Below are positions 1 through 13,300 of a stretch of DNA of 64,000 nt, piece by piece. The position numbers were made by a program, and so were the translations under genes. The notes below the pieces were generated by a model. It searched no databases. It saw nothing but the letters and a program-made list of their open reading frames with translations, and had not been told where the DNA came from. This DNA is from Octopus vulgaris. Its lineage: Eukaryota. The stretch is from the NCBI GenBank assembly GCA_951406725.2, contig OX597816.1:121644001-121708000 (forward strand), written 5' to 3'. Numbering within the stretch: the stretch's first letter is position 1; the number at the start of each line of letters is the position of its first letter.

Positions 1-786
1 TATAGCAAAAAAAATAGCAAAAAATGCATTAAAGATGGAATAAAAAATGATAGTAATTTCTTTTTTAAATCGTTGACTCATCGTAGACATTTTTACAGAG
101 TTACTTCCCTTATATAATAACGAAAAATGCATTAAAATGGAATAAAAAAATTATGGTAATTTTTTTTTTTTATCGTTGACTCATCGTAGACATTTTTAGA
201 GAGTTACTTCCCTTATATAATAGCAAAAAATGCATTAAAATGGAATAAAAAATTATGGTAAATTTTTTTTTAAATCGTAGACTCATCGTAGACGCGCGCT
301 AATACCCAGAAGGGCTCGATATGAATCACGACTATAAGATACCCGGTTTTGGTTACACTGCACCGCAAAATGTGGGAGTAGTTAGGAATCTAAATCGTAG
401 GAGACAGACACACAACCTTACTTTTATATATAAAGATTTGTGCAACAACTAAAACATTCGGTTGTGCAAATTGTTTGCACAGGAAACCTGCCCTGTGTGG
501 CGGTCTCCTTCACAACGCATTACGACGTTGATTTCCTTACACTCCCTTCCCCACAGCTTCACGAGGGAGGGAAGAAGGGGGAGAAGCAACACAGGTGCAG
601 GCGTGAGCGTGGACGCCAACTCCGCCGCCATCGACACACGAAAAAATATGCATTAAAATGGAATAAAAAATTATGTTAAATTATTTTTAAAATCGTACAC
701 TCATCGTAGACGCGCGCTAATACCCAGACGGGCTCGATATGAATCACGACTATAAGATCACACAACTACAGTTTTATATATATAGA
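1..786 (-). mobile_element. Two adjacent non-autonomous Helitron-like elements with internal ~103-bp tandem units
   Basis: Minus strand shows two A|TC...TATATATAAAA starts followed by GTTGTGTG (TC at 436 and 786), typical Helitron 5' ends. ATGCATTAAA recurs at 24, 127, 230 and 648; ~260-340 is repeated at ~680-759. Confidence 0.6.
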
Positions 787-1784
787 TATATTTTCTATGT
801 TATATTTTCTTTTTTTATGTTTTTGTTTTTGGTTTTTCACCGTTTGATTTGCCTATTAGTGGTTTTATCTCTAATTTAATTTATACAGATATATATCTCA
901 TTTGTATACATTTGTATATATAATGCGTGCACACACACACACACATATATATATATATACACATATATATATGTGTGCATTACGTAGTCGGTCGAGTCAC
1001 CTGAAAATATGCACACCTATGTTAAAGGTGCTGACAAGTTTGCATCACAACTATTTTGTTCCTCAAATGAAAGGCGTCACCTCTAGGACAAAATTCCTCA
1101 TCTTATAAAATGTGGCCCCAGTACACCCGAATGAAATCGGGTTATATTAACCAAAATGTGAAAAGGGGTCTAAATGGGGCTGGAAGGGGATTAAAATTTC
1201 AAAGAGCGGGTGTTTAGGAATTCTCTGTTGCACCAAGCTAAAAAATTTGCGCCAACCTTTTAATCGTCAATGTGTTGCCGTCCATGATAAAGAAGTTTTG
1301 AATGCTTGCTATGGTGAGTCTATTGTCGTGAGAAAGAATCACTTCAAAAATTGGTGTTTACGAATTTTCTTTTACATCAAGTTCAAAATTTTACGCCAGC
1401 CGTTAAACTGTCACTACGTTGCTGTCCGTCGTTAACAAATGCCAGCCATGGTGACTCTACTATCCCCACATTCTATCCCTTCAAACTTTGGTTTCCAATA
1501 TTTTATTATTTTTATTCAGCTCGCAAGTTCGTCTGTCCCTTTTGAATGTTAGCGTTTTGCTGTCTGCCTTGAAGCAGACCTTTCCATTGCCACTGCCTCA
1601 TATTTCTGATTGATCTTTCTAAATATTTTATTTCTCAACTTACTCAAGATCTTCTGTTGTTTATAAATGGGAGAGAGATAGATAAAGATAGAGAGTAAGA
1701 GAAAGCGAGGGAGAGTCATAGAGAAAAGAAAAGTAAGAAAGTGGGAAAGTGAGAGAGAAAGGAGAGAGAAACAAATACGGAGAA

Positions 1785-2090
1785 TCATCATCATCATCAT
1801 CGTTTAACGTCCGTTTTCCGTGCTAGCACAGGTTGGGCAGTGTGACCGGGTCTCGGAAGCCAGGAGGCTGCACCAGGCTCCAGTCTGATCTGGCAGTGTT
1901 TCTACAGGTGGATGACCTTCCTAACGCCAACCACACTGTGAGTGTAGTGAGTGCCTTTTTCGTGCCGACGGCACTGGTGCCAGGGGGGCTCGCAGTGGCA
2001 ACGATCGGTTGGTGCTTTTTACGTGCCACCAGCACAGAAGCAAGTCAAGGCGGTGCTGCAATCGGCCACGTTCGGATGGTGCTTTTTACG
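1785..2090 (-). mobile_element. SINE-like repeat ending ...GGACGTTAAACGATGATGAT; related copies at 43120-43377 (+), 9410-9640 (-), 61335-61505 (-)
   Basis: Shared 3' end and (GAT)n tail; 1823-1950 is near-identical to the reverse complement of 43215-43345. Confidence 0.75.
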
Positions 2091-2179
2091 TACTGAAAGG
2101 AAGCAACAGAAAGTAACACCCACACTCTTGCCCGCGCGTAGAGCGGGTCACCTTCAGCTAGTATATATATATATATATA

Positions 2180-2620
2180 ATTTCTTTACTACCCACATGG
2201 GGCTAAACACAGAGGGGACAAACAAGGACAGACAAACGGATTAAGTCTATTACATCGACTCCAGTACGTAACTGGTACTTAATTTATCGACCTCGGCGGA
2301 ATTTGAACTCAGAACGTAACGTTTGATGAAATACGGCTACGCATTTCGCCTGGCGTGCTAACGTTTCTGCCAGCTCACCGTCGTGTGCCATTCTAATATT
2401 ATTTACTGATGTAGGGTGACGTGCAGGCAGGATTGATACCCCGTTGGATAAAATGCGTAGCTGCATTTCGCATGGTTTGAGTTCAAATCCCGGTGAGGTC
2501 GACTTTGCTTTTCATCATTTCGAAATTGATGAAATCCGTACAAGTAGAGCACTGGGGTCGATGTAATCGACTTATCCCCGACCCCGAAATTGCTGGCATT
2601 GTACCAAAGTTTGAAACCAA
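2180..2620. mobile_element. Two tRNA-derived SINEs of the dominant family (2180-2380 minus, 2415-2620 plus)
   Basis: Head GAGCTGGCAGAAACGTTAGC, B-box-like GAGTTCAAAT, then GTCGACTTTGCCTTTCATCCTTTCGGGGTCGATAAA..AGTACCAG, which resembles the Meta central domain. Confidence 0.8.
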
Positions 2621-3729
2621 TATTCTTTACTAATGTGATATACTTCTATTTGGCATTCGTTTTAGTTAATATCTTCTTTAGTACCTTCACCCCAAACAAA
2701 TATAAAGGCTATATAAAACTCCTTATTATGTTTGTATTCCCTAATATTATTATTAGAATCTGTAAACGGCCCGATAAATCACCGGACACCATGCGTCGAC
2801 AGTTGTTTCATCAGGTCGCTTGTGGATTTTATTTAACTGTTGCATGCGTGTTTGTATCGTGTGTCCTTGGTCTAGAAATTCTACGGGCTGAGACTCATGG
2901 TGCATTGCTGTTTAGAATTATATCTGAACACACACTCTATGTACTGGCAATTTCTTAGCATTTGTTTATCAATAACATACTCAAATTGCTATGGCATTCA
3001 ACAACTTGTCTATTAAATATGTGTTCCACTCCTTTTACGCTTTATAAGCATAACATTTCCACACCTCTATAAAACATAAAGGTAGAGGTGACAAACAAAC
3101 ATATACAGTATAACACACAATAGAAAGTGGATACTAATTGTCTCCATTAAAACCAGAGTAACAACTACAACAAACAAATTCAACCATTCACAAATAACAC
3201 CTATGAAAACTGCCATTATACATCAAAGTACACGATGCAACTTACAACACATTTATAATACTTTTAAAATACAAAATAGGTAAAACACACACGCACTCAC
3301 TCACACACTCACTAAGTGTTCATTATGTCGTTCAGCTCCAGTTCAAACATAATCAAACAAACATATCAAAAGCACTCGACCATGGCCGTTCTGTTTTTGT
3401 TGGGTGAGGAGTCTATTCAGCGTGTCTTCCCCATTTTAAGATAGTAGAGATTGTGTGTGTGTGTGTGTTAGTTAAGGGCACTGCGGCTGTCGTTTCTAGC
3501 AGTCGAGTACCTGCGTAGAGATTTACTCATTAACCATGAAACCAATGGAAAAGTTATTTCCCCTTTCATTCATAATTATTTCACATCGTGAAGTTTAATA
3601 AATTTGCTCTTCGAACAAGGAACGTTGTTTTCGTCTGTTAAAAATATTTAGCAGGAAAAGGTATAGTAATTCATTATGAGAAATGTGGTATATATAATCC
3701 AAGAATCACTTTCTTTTGAGCTAATAATT

Positions 3730-4510
3730 GCTTCTGATTTAGTCATAAAGCGAGTAAATTTCAAGGGAGTCTACACGATCAACTGTTGTACTTGATTGCT
3801 ACTTTATTTTATTGACTTCAGAGAAATAAACGACAAAATTGACCTCGGCAGGATTTGCACTCAGAAGGTAAAGTGACTGAACAAATACAGTAAAACATTT
3901 TCTTTTTTTCTTAAATCTTAAATGATTCTACTTGTTAACCACTCCTAAAATTTCTAATTTAGGCACAAAGGCAATGAAGAGAGTTATAGACCCCAGTACC
4001 ACACTATTTTTTTGATCTCGAAGAAATAAAAGGCAAAGTTGACACCAAAAAGATTTGATCTCAGAACGTAAAGAGCCAAAAAAATATTGGTTTTAAATTT
4101 TGCACAAGGCCAGCAATTTCGGAGGAGGGATAAGTTGATTGCATCCACCCAATGCTCAGCTGGTACTTATTTTATTGACTCCGAAAGGATGAAAGCCAAA
4201 GTCAACCATTGCAGAATTTGAACTCAGAATGTAATGATGGATGAAATGCCATTAAACACTTTGCTGGCATGTTAATTCTTCTGCCAGTTTGCCACCTTAA
4301 CCAATACAAATATTGATTTCAAATGTTAGCACAAGGCCAGCAATTTCAGGAGAGGGGGGATAACCCCATTATTCAACTGATACTTATTTTATCAGCCCCA
4401 AAAGGATGAAAGTCAAAGTTGAACTTGACTGAATTTGAACACAGAAGGTGAAGACAGAAGAAATGCTGGTAAGCATTATCAATCACCATGCTAACCCAGC
4501 TCCCCACCTT
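3730..4510 (-). mobile_element. Stack of ~4 decayed Meta-type SINE copies
   Basis: Repeated cacaaggccagcaattt...ggtacttattttattgac...aaaggatgaaag...gaatttgaactcagaa blocks in the same orientation. Confidence 0.75.
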
Positions 4511-4966
4511 AACCAGTTCAGATACTGCACAACATTTTGTCATCTGTTCAAGCCTTGTAGAGTATGTAGTCACCAGTGTAAACAATAAAAAACAAATTTT
4601 TACTACTTTACCAATGAGATAAGTGGAAAGTTGAATGAAAGTATGAGAGAAATCATTGTTTTTGATTCATCAAATGTTTATTGTTAAAAGATTGTGTTAG
4701 ACTTGACCATTTATTGAGAAACAACAGAGTAACGACACAAAGTTCTTTTCATGCAGTCGCTCAGCTTGACTGGCTGTATAGTTATATGTAGGACTTTGTC
4801 TGGCCCTGGCTGCCCAAGATTAAAAACTGAATCCATGCACTTGTTGAACAATCAAGTGTATGGATTCGGTTTTGAATCCCACACAAGCAGGGCCAAACAA
4901 GCAACTACATATATATATATGTGTGTGTATATATTTATATAATATATATTAATATATACATATAGG

Positions 4967-5385
4967 CATTGCATGGTGATCGCCATAAGCTTTAAGCTTA
5001 TATAAAAATACCATTATCATTTTTACAGGATTGTAAAAATGGCGCCGTATAAAAAACCATTTGCACCGAAATATATATATATATATATTTCGGTGCAAAT
5101 GGTTTTCAATACAGCGCCGTTTCTACAATCCTGTAAATAATAATAATGGTATTTTTATATAAGCTTAAAGCTTATGGCAATCACTGTGCAATGACTAAGG
5201 AAAATAATCTAATAAAGGGACATATAAGCCCTCGACAGAAAAAAGAAGGGTTTCCTGAAAAGCCTTCTTTTTTTCTGTCGAGGGCTTATATGCCCCTTTA
5301 TCAGACTATTTTCCTTAGTCATTGCACAGTGATCGCCATAAGCTTTAAGCTTATATAAAAATACCATTATTATTATTTACAGGAT
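4967..5385. repeat. Compound palindrome (A-A'-B-B'-A)
   Basis: 4967-5071 is inverted to 5089-5193 around a (TA)n centre; 5128-5253 is inverted to 5258-5385 around tttcctgaaa. Confidence 0.95.
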
Positions 5386-5502
5386 ATATATATATATATA
5401 TAGGACTTTGTTTGGCCCTGCCTGCCTGGGATTCAAAACCAATTGATGCCTGATGAATGTACGCATGTACGGGAAACTATTAGTAATGCAATAAGTACAT
5501 GT

Positions 5503-5536
<34 letters not shown>

Positions 5537-5994
5537 ATGACAGACAGAGAGAAAGCAAGAGAGAGGGTGAATAAATGAAGGCTAGTCTCCTCTACCATAA
5601 TGTAATTTTTAAGTTGATGGCAGTTTTGGTATTTCATATTGCAGATTCTTCATACTTATGGATCTAGTTGTTGACCATCTGAGTTGCTAGTAGCTTTAAC
5701 TTATCCAGAAAATGTCTCCAGTACTTGACTGACACTTTATTTTTATCATCCCAGGAGAAATGAAGGGTGAAGGTGACATTGGTAGGATTTTAATTCAGGC
5801 CATAACTAAATAATGATAATAATACTGCTTTCAAATGTTGGCACAAGGCCAGCAATTTAATTTGGGATTGGGGAGTCGATTGCATCGACCCCAGTACTTA
5901 ACTGATACTTATTTTATTGAACCCGATAGGATGAAAGTCGACCTTAGCAGAATTTGAACTCAGAACATGAAGATGGACAAAAGGTTGCTAAGAT

Positions 5995-7005
5995 AATATA
6001 CCTCCTGAATTAGTGGAAAGCTGCCAATTTTAGAATAACATCTGGGGGCAAGAGGTTTCTCACAACTAAAGTGCTAAGTGGATTCATTCTGTGAGATCCA
6101 AACTCCATCACTCTGCGGCTGCAAAATAGGACTATGTGTGTATAACAACAGAAGATGTAATTGAACAAGTATTAAAACTCTCAAATTGGGGAGCGACAGG
6201 GCTAGATGGACTCCAAGGCTACGACTCTAGTGGTTTAGGTCAACACACAAATGAACTAGGTTGCAATTAGATGATTGCTTACAGAGTGGTGTAGTTCCAG
6301 AATGGATTGTAGAGGGAAAGACAATATTGTTGATGAGAGTTTAGTCTAAGGGCAGTGAGGTTGGCAATTACTGACCCATTGCTTGTCTTAACCTTTTATG
6401 GAAAGTATTAAGAAGCATCCTCGCAGGGAAGATATATATGTTCCTTGTGGAAAACAAGCTACTTCCAGAAGAATAAAAAGAATGCTAAGAAAAGGATCCA
6501 AGTGCAACAAGGACCACTTTGTGATAGACAAGGTCATAACGAAGAACTGCAAACAGTACCAAAAAGAACTTATGTATTGCATGAATAGACTTTAAAAAGG
6601 CTTATGCCATGATGCCACATTCGTGGATTCTGGAAACACTTGTGTGAAGTAGCTGAGAACATGTGTGCACTGATAAAGAACAGCATGCCTAGTTGGAAAA
6701 CATGTCTTTCCTGTAACAACCAAAACTTAGCTGAGGTAACAAACAAAAGAGGTATCTTCCAAAGAGATTCTTGTTCACCTTTGTTATTTGTTTAGCCTTG
6801 ATCCCACTTTGGAAAGTCAACGTGCAGTACAAGCTGAGTAAGAATGAATCTCATCCCAACTATCTTCTCTTCATGGATGATTTTAATCTGTTTTCAAAAG
6901 TAGAGACTGAGATGGAGAGGCTGGTTGAGACTGTACAGATAAGCAGCAAGGATATAGGAATGGAATTCAGGATCTCAAAGGGTAACACCAGTGTGCATGT
7001 ATGAT
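5995..7005 (+). pseudogene. Decayed R4/Dong-type LINE reverse transcriptase fragment
   Basis: Frameshifted motifs NWGATGLDGLQGY, PEWIVEGKTILL, PIACLNLLW, DFKKAYAMMPHSWI, RGIFQRDS, LLFMDDFNLF, DIGMEFRISK. Confidence 0.85.
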
Positions 7006-7034
7006 AGAGTGAAAATGATTTAAGAGAGAATTAG

Positions 7035-7265
7035 GTATAAGAGGCATCAATAGCAGTGTGAAGACTGTGCTGGTGCGGTCATGTGATGCATATAGATGAG
7101 GACAGCTGCATAAAGAAGTGCCAATATTTAATTGTGGAAGGGGTAGACCCAGGACGACATGGGATACAGTAATGAGAAAGGATCTTCAGATGTTGAGACT
7201 CATGGATGAGATGACAAGGGACCGAGACTACCAGCAGTTTGCTGTGCTTGAGAAGATATGTCAAG
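7035..7265 (+). mobile_element. RTE-clade LINE 3' fragment (second copy 10440-10680)
   Basis: GHVMHIDEDSCIKKCQYLIVEG...RPRTTW-like C-terminal RTE ORF remnant, present in both copies. Confidence 0.7.
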
Positions 7266-7573
7266 CTAAGTAAAACTATGGCTGTCCACACATTCAGGAA
7301 GGGCCCCTCAATTATTGATGTCACTAACCCTTTCCTCCCAGTTCACCTCATCTCCACAGAAACCGTACCAAAACAAACAACTGGAACCTGACTAGCTCCT
7401 GTCAAACCGTCCAACCCATGCCAACATGGAAAGTGGTTTTTAAATGATGATGATGACATTTATATCAATATAACTATTGGGGCACTTAGCTATGTTAGTG
7501 AATGTTTAAGTGATTATTTCACAAAGTTAAGATCTTTAGCCAAAGAAAATGACTTTGTAAATACAATATGTGT

Positions 7574-7885
7574 GGAGGCACAATGGCCCAGTGGTTAGGG
7601 CAGTGGACTCACAGTGGGAGGATTGCAGTTTCAATTCCCAGACCAGGCGTTGTGTGTGTTTATTGAGTGAAAACACCTAAAGCTCCACGAGGCTGCAGCG
7701 GGGGGTGATGGCAATCCCTGTTGTACTCCTTCACCCCAACTTTTTCTCACGCTTTCTTCCTGTTTCTTGAGTAATGCTGCAATGGACTGGCGTCCCGTCC
7801 AGCTGGGGGAAACACATACTCCATAGAAACCAGGAAACTGGGCCCGTGAGCCTGGCTAGGCTTGAAAAGGGTGCATAAAACTAAT
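7574..7885 (+). mobile_element. tRNA-derived SINE, GGAGGCGCAATGGCCCAGTGGTTAGG family; other copies 33015-33275 (-) and 62940-63242 (-)
   Basis: A box TGGCCCAGTGG, B-box-like GTTTCAATTCC, and a body shared by three copies. Confidence 0.8.
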
Positions 7886-9045
7886 AAATTAATACAATAT
7901 GTATGCAGAATACTAAAAATATGCAAGACTTTTCTAAAGTTTGGCATGTAACACTCATTGCTTTTGTTATCCAAATTCCAATGATAGAACTTTGTTTCTT
8001 TATTAGAAATCCATTCCTTCCTCGTAGGAGGAATTCAGTTAATTAAAAAAAAGCCCAAAAAAACTAATAAACAGAAAGTGAAGTTATACACACATACATA
8101 TATACATATGTCTGACAAGCTCCTGTACTGTTTGCATCTACCAGATCTCTCTCACAAAGCATTGATCAAGCCATGGTTATGTTAGAAGATTCTTTCCTAA
8201 ACTGTTTCACAGTGGAATCAAACTAGGAACCACAAGGTTTTGCCAAGGCCAAAAAAATATGTTACCAAACATATATCTACTTAACTTAGTAAAAAAACAA
8301 AATTGTGAAAAATTAAACAAATAAATAAATAAATAAAATTAAACAAATAAATAAATATATTTCTTTCTATTGAAAAAAAAAGAAAAGAATATTGTTTCAC
8401 TAGATTCAATAATTTCTGAAAATCAAAGTAGACATTTAAATAATCAATTGAACAAACAAACTGGATAAAAACAGAGACAACCAAATTTTTGATCTTTTTA
8501 GTATATTGGGTGGTAGGAATGATGGTAGGGATGAACAGTAACAAATACTACCAGCTCACATTTTGCTTTCATTGTTTATAGCATGACCACTGAATGGATT
8601 CAATAATGCAGAGGTCTATAAACATATATATGTGTATGTATATATGTATAAACACACACAAACTCACACGCACTCACACACACACACACACACTCACACA
8701 CATTGGCTAAATGATCAAAGGATGTTATATAGTGTACTTGTTTATGGAAAGCATCCCCCACCCCACCCCAGCGGAAACCAAAACTATGGTTTAGGGATTG
8801 TATAAAGTTCTCATTAAAGATATGTGAGGTATAGTTGGAAAAGAAAAGTTGAAGGCATGTGAGGTCAGTTGGAAAAACAATGCTTGTCGTCATAACCAAT
8901 GGAGGAAATGAGTAAAAGAAGGAGTGGTATGTTTGAAAAACACATTTGCATTCTGAACTTAAGCAAATTGCTCGAAAATGCACTGCCAGTGGGGGAAGTC
9001 TTGTCCCTCGGCAGTATCTGTTGATGAATATATCTATCAAGAGTT

Positions 9046-9276
9046 GAAGGCAGCGAGCTGGCAGAAACGTTAGCGTGCCGGGTGAAATGCGTAGCCGTAT
9101 TTCGTCTGTCGTTAAGTTCTGAGTTCAAATTCCCCCAAGGTCATCTTTGCCTTTCAGCCTTTCAAGGTCGTTAAATAAAGTACTAGTTTCGCACTGGGAT
9201 CAATGTAATTGACTTAATCCCTTTGTCTGTCCATGTTTGTCCCCTCTATGTTTAGCCCCTTGTGGGATGTAAAGAA
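9046..9276 (+). mobile_element. Young Meta-type SINE with target-site duplication
   Basis: Full head-body-tail; atatatctatcaagag flanks both sides. Confidence 0.9.
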
Positions 9277-9644
9277 ATATATATCTATCAAGAGCTGGGA
9301 TCAGAAGTCACCAGCCGAGCCACAAGTGTAAAAGATGAATTTGTCAGAGTACACAGTGTTCTTAATGGAAAGTGATCACCATCCTTGGTTACAAGTGGAT
9401 AGCCTTTATCATCATCATCATTTACTGTCCACCATCCACGCTGGCATGGGTTGAACGGTTTCACAGGAACTGGTCAGATAGAAGACTACCCTAGGGTACT
9501 GTGTCTGTTTTGGCATGATTTTTATGGCTGGATGCCCTTCCTAATACCATCCAGCCTGCAGAGTGGGCTGAGTGTTTTTACGTGGCTCCAGCATAGGAAA
9601 GGTCTGTTTTGGCATGGTTTTTACAGCTGGATGCCCTATATGGC

Positions 9645-10335
9645 CCTCTGTCAGTTACAATGACAAGGGTTCCAGTTGATCCAATCAACAGAACAGCTTG
9701 CTCATGAATTAATGTGCATGTGGCTGAGTGCTCCACAGACATGTGTGCTTTTAACATAGTTCTCAGGGAAATTCAGCGTGACACAGAATGTGACAAGTCT
9801 GGCCCTATGAATTACAGGTACAACTCATTTTTGCCAGCTGAGTGGACTGGAACAGTGTGAAATGAAGTGTCTTGCTCAAGGGCACAACACATCATTGGGA
9901 ATTGAACACATGACCTTATGATCATGATTTGAATACTCTAACCACTAAATCACATGCCTTCATAAACATGCACGCACAGATACATATGTATATATGGTAA
10001 AGACCCCCTTCAGTCAAGAATTACCATGGCATTGTACCTAGGAAGTTCTCCTCCAAAGCACAAATCCAGGTAAGGTTGTATATGAAAGAGCAGCAGCTGC
10101 TTGTGCATACCAGCCTCCCATCTCCATGCCACCAATGTTATCCACGGCAAAGGTAAAGGCCAATACAGCTTGGCATCAGTGACATCACAACTCATTTCTA
10201 CAGCTGAGTGAAGTGGAGCAGCGTGGAATACAGTGTCTTGCTCAAGAACACAACACACAGTCCAGTCTGAGAATCAAACTCACTACCTCATGATTGTGAG
10301 CCCAACTCTCTAACCACTGAGCCATGCACCTTCAC
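9645..10335 (-). mobile_element. Two CORE-like tRNA SINEs of different subfamilies (9645-9962, 10003-10335); relatives at 34325-34648, 40250-40517, 40995-41322
   Basis: Minus-strand tRNA head (GTGGCTCAGTGGTTAG) followed by GTTGTGTCCTTGAGCAAGACAC...CACTCAGCTG, resembling the CORE domain; bodies recur elsewhere in the window. Confidence 0.75.
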
Positions 10336-13300
10336 ATATTTGTGCATGCATGTATGTGTGTGTGTGTGTGTGTGAGCATGGAAATTAGCTCAGGCTTGCT
10401 ATGTGGTTAAGAAGTTTATTTCCCAATCATGTGAGATATAAGAAGAATCACATATAGTGTGCAAGAAAGAAGCCTGTGATTTTATGGACATGTTATGCAT
10501 ATGGCTGAGGAGAGCTGTATAAAGAAATGCCAATCACTTAATGTGGATGAAACTGTGGAGGAGGGAGATCTGGAAAAGTATGAAATGAGTGGTTAAAACT
10601 GATCTCAGGACCTTGAACTTCATGGAGGTGATGACAAAGAACAGGGATGACTGGTGATATGTAGTTTCAGGGAAGACCTGTTCACCTCAGTGAAACTGAG
10701 TTCTGGAAGCACTGTGTATGTATCTATATGTGTATATATACATACATGTATGAATGTATGCATGCATGTGTATATGTATGTACATATGTCATTATTCAGT
10801 TTTATTTCAAAATTTCTTGCTAATAGAGAAAGAGCTGGTTTCTAACCTGGATCCAAGGCTCCCTCATTGGAATTTCAGCAACATCAAAAGGGTATTTTTA
10901 CATCATTAAAGAGATGATGGGTGGCAGTGGGTTATTTAAGGAGATTGGGTACATGCAGATTTGTATGTTTTGTTTTATGTATGTATTCTCATGCATATAG
11001 TCCCATGTCTAGATATGATGTATGTATGTATGTATGTATGTATGTATGTATGTTTGTATGTATGTTTGTATGTATGCATGTATGTATGTGCATACATACG
11101 CACGCACATATATATGTTTGTATCTATCTATGTATGTATGTACATATATACATTACATATAGACCCTTTATCCAATCTCCTCCTTAAATAACCCATTGCC
11201 ACCCATCATCTCTTTAACTGTAGCTCTCCTTTGATATCACTTATTTTTCTCATTGCCCAGAACCATTTCACTTGGTGTCCATTCTTCTTCCATTAATACT
11301 GCCCTCTCCACCAACAGTTTACATTGATCACCTCTCTCACTCCTCCCCCCACATGCAATGAGCCACCAAGTTATCTCTCTTCTCCATCTGCCATATGTCT
11401 CTCACTCTCCTCATGCATTGTGCCATCATCTCTCTCCCTCCATTCCAGCATCTTACCCAGCCACATGTCATCTCTCTCATCCTTCCCCTGTCTACTCTAT
11501 CATCATTACTATCAGGGTGGGGGTTTCTCTCCCCCTACACCTCATCACACATTTTTTTCTGAATTCCCAACCACTCCCAAATCATGCATCATTGACCATT
11601 TCCCCTCCCCTTTTCCCTTATTCACTACATCCACCTTCAACCATTCCCAATCTTTGCAGTTGTTGCCAACCTCCCTTTCTCTCCCTCATTCCCCAACTTC
11701 TTGCTCTACACATATACTCTTGCAAACAAATATACTCCTAGTTCTTCTGTTCCCATTCAATTCTATTCACTTTGTACATTGAGGGGCCACCTGAGAACCT
11801 CATCACCACTATTTTATTTCTTTCCAGCTCCACCCGATCATTCTCTCCCTCTCTTCTAAATGTGAGTAGCCATGCATCTCCTCAACAACAAGAAATCCGC
11901 TCTGCCATCAGCTTTCAAACTTCAACCCATCATCTCCTTGCATAAAACCATTCCCTCAGAGTTTGAAGTACAAGGCCCCAGTAGTGTTTGTGGAAAAAAA
12001 AAGCATCCAGTACACATTGTAAAGTGGCATTAGGAAGAGCATCCAGCCATAGAAATTATGCTGAAGAAGACACAGAACACGATGCATTCCTTGGATCCAT
12101 TGGGTCCTGTCAAAACATTGAACCCTTGCCAAAATGGAAATTGGGTATTAAATGATTATGATGATGATGATGGTGGTGGTGGTGGTGCTGGTAATATATG
12201 CTAGCAACACACAGCACAACTTTGACTGACAAGTTGCCATCCCAATACCTGGCCAACTGTGTTCTCAAAAAAAAAAAAAAGGGTACATTTCGACTGAAAT
12301 ATAAACACATCATGTGTTTGGAATTTGAAGACAATTATTGATCTGGAGATCAATAGTACTATGACAGCTTAAGTCATTAATCATTTTCATATTTGCAGAG
12401 AGTTTAAAGTATTTGAGTGAAATTTGACATTTATCACCATGGGTTGTGCCTTGATTGAGCAGAACAGCCTGATGGTTAAAAGGCATTCCAACTGTGACCT
12501 TTCCATCTTATTTACAGACAGCATTTAAGACCACATTATGTTATGTACCCTTGCTTATTTAAAAAAACAAAACAAAAAAAAGATGATAGGGTGTAATTTT
12601 TGGCAGATTTAGATGCTATTTCCAGCAGGGCAAATGACCATGTTGAGGTTCTCCCATTGGTTCCTTATGAGTTTTGGTAGTATATATGTGAAGGGTAGGT
12701 AATACACTGGGTGTTGATTTGATTATCATCTACATCTTTTTCCTTCCCATGAAAACTGGCATTGTGCCTCGTTGAAAGAAATCAATATCATCAGTCTCCC
12801 CTCAAATCAATATTACATCATCAGCCTCCCTCCGAATCAATAATATTACATAACAGCTAAAGAAATCAATAATTTCATTGTGTGTTTGTGATAAGCACTG
12901 CTGGCTAGAAGTAAGTTCTTGCGTGATTGTTAGTCAGAACCCTCTTTTTCTTCACAGTTCTAAAACCACCTCATGTATACCACTAAGGACTTTCAGAAAA
13001 GTATGAATGCTACAACATCACCTTCTTTCCCCCAGGAGTTTGGACAACTGAACTGATTCCTCTAGTATATTACTGTTACTTATTTTATGAATCTCTGAAC
13101 AAAAAAACAAAAACAAAGCTGTTCCTTAGTAAGATTTAGACAATTGGATTGTTATGGATGAAAGTAAATTTTTAAGAGGCATTTTGTCTGGTGAACTGCT
13201 ACTTCAGACATCTTTACTGCTTCTTATCAGACAATATTACTGATCAAAGCTATCACTGATTGCTATGTAAATATTGATTTTGGCTTGCTTCTATTATGTT

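Noticed and set aside
2808-2820. Minus-strand CTGATGA
   Set aside because: No downstream stem II plus GAAA.
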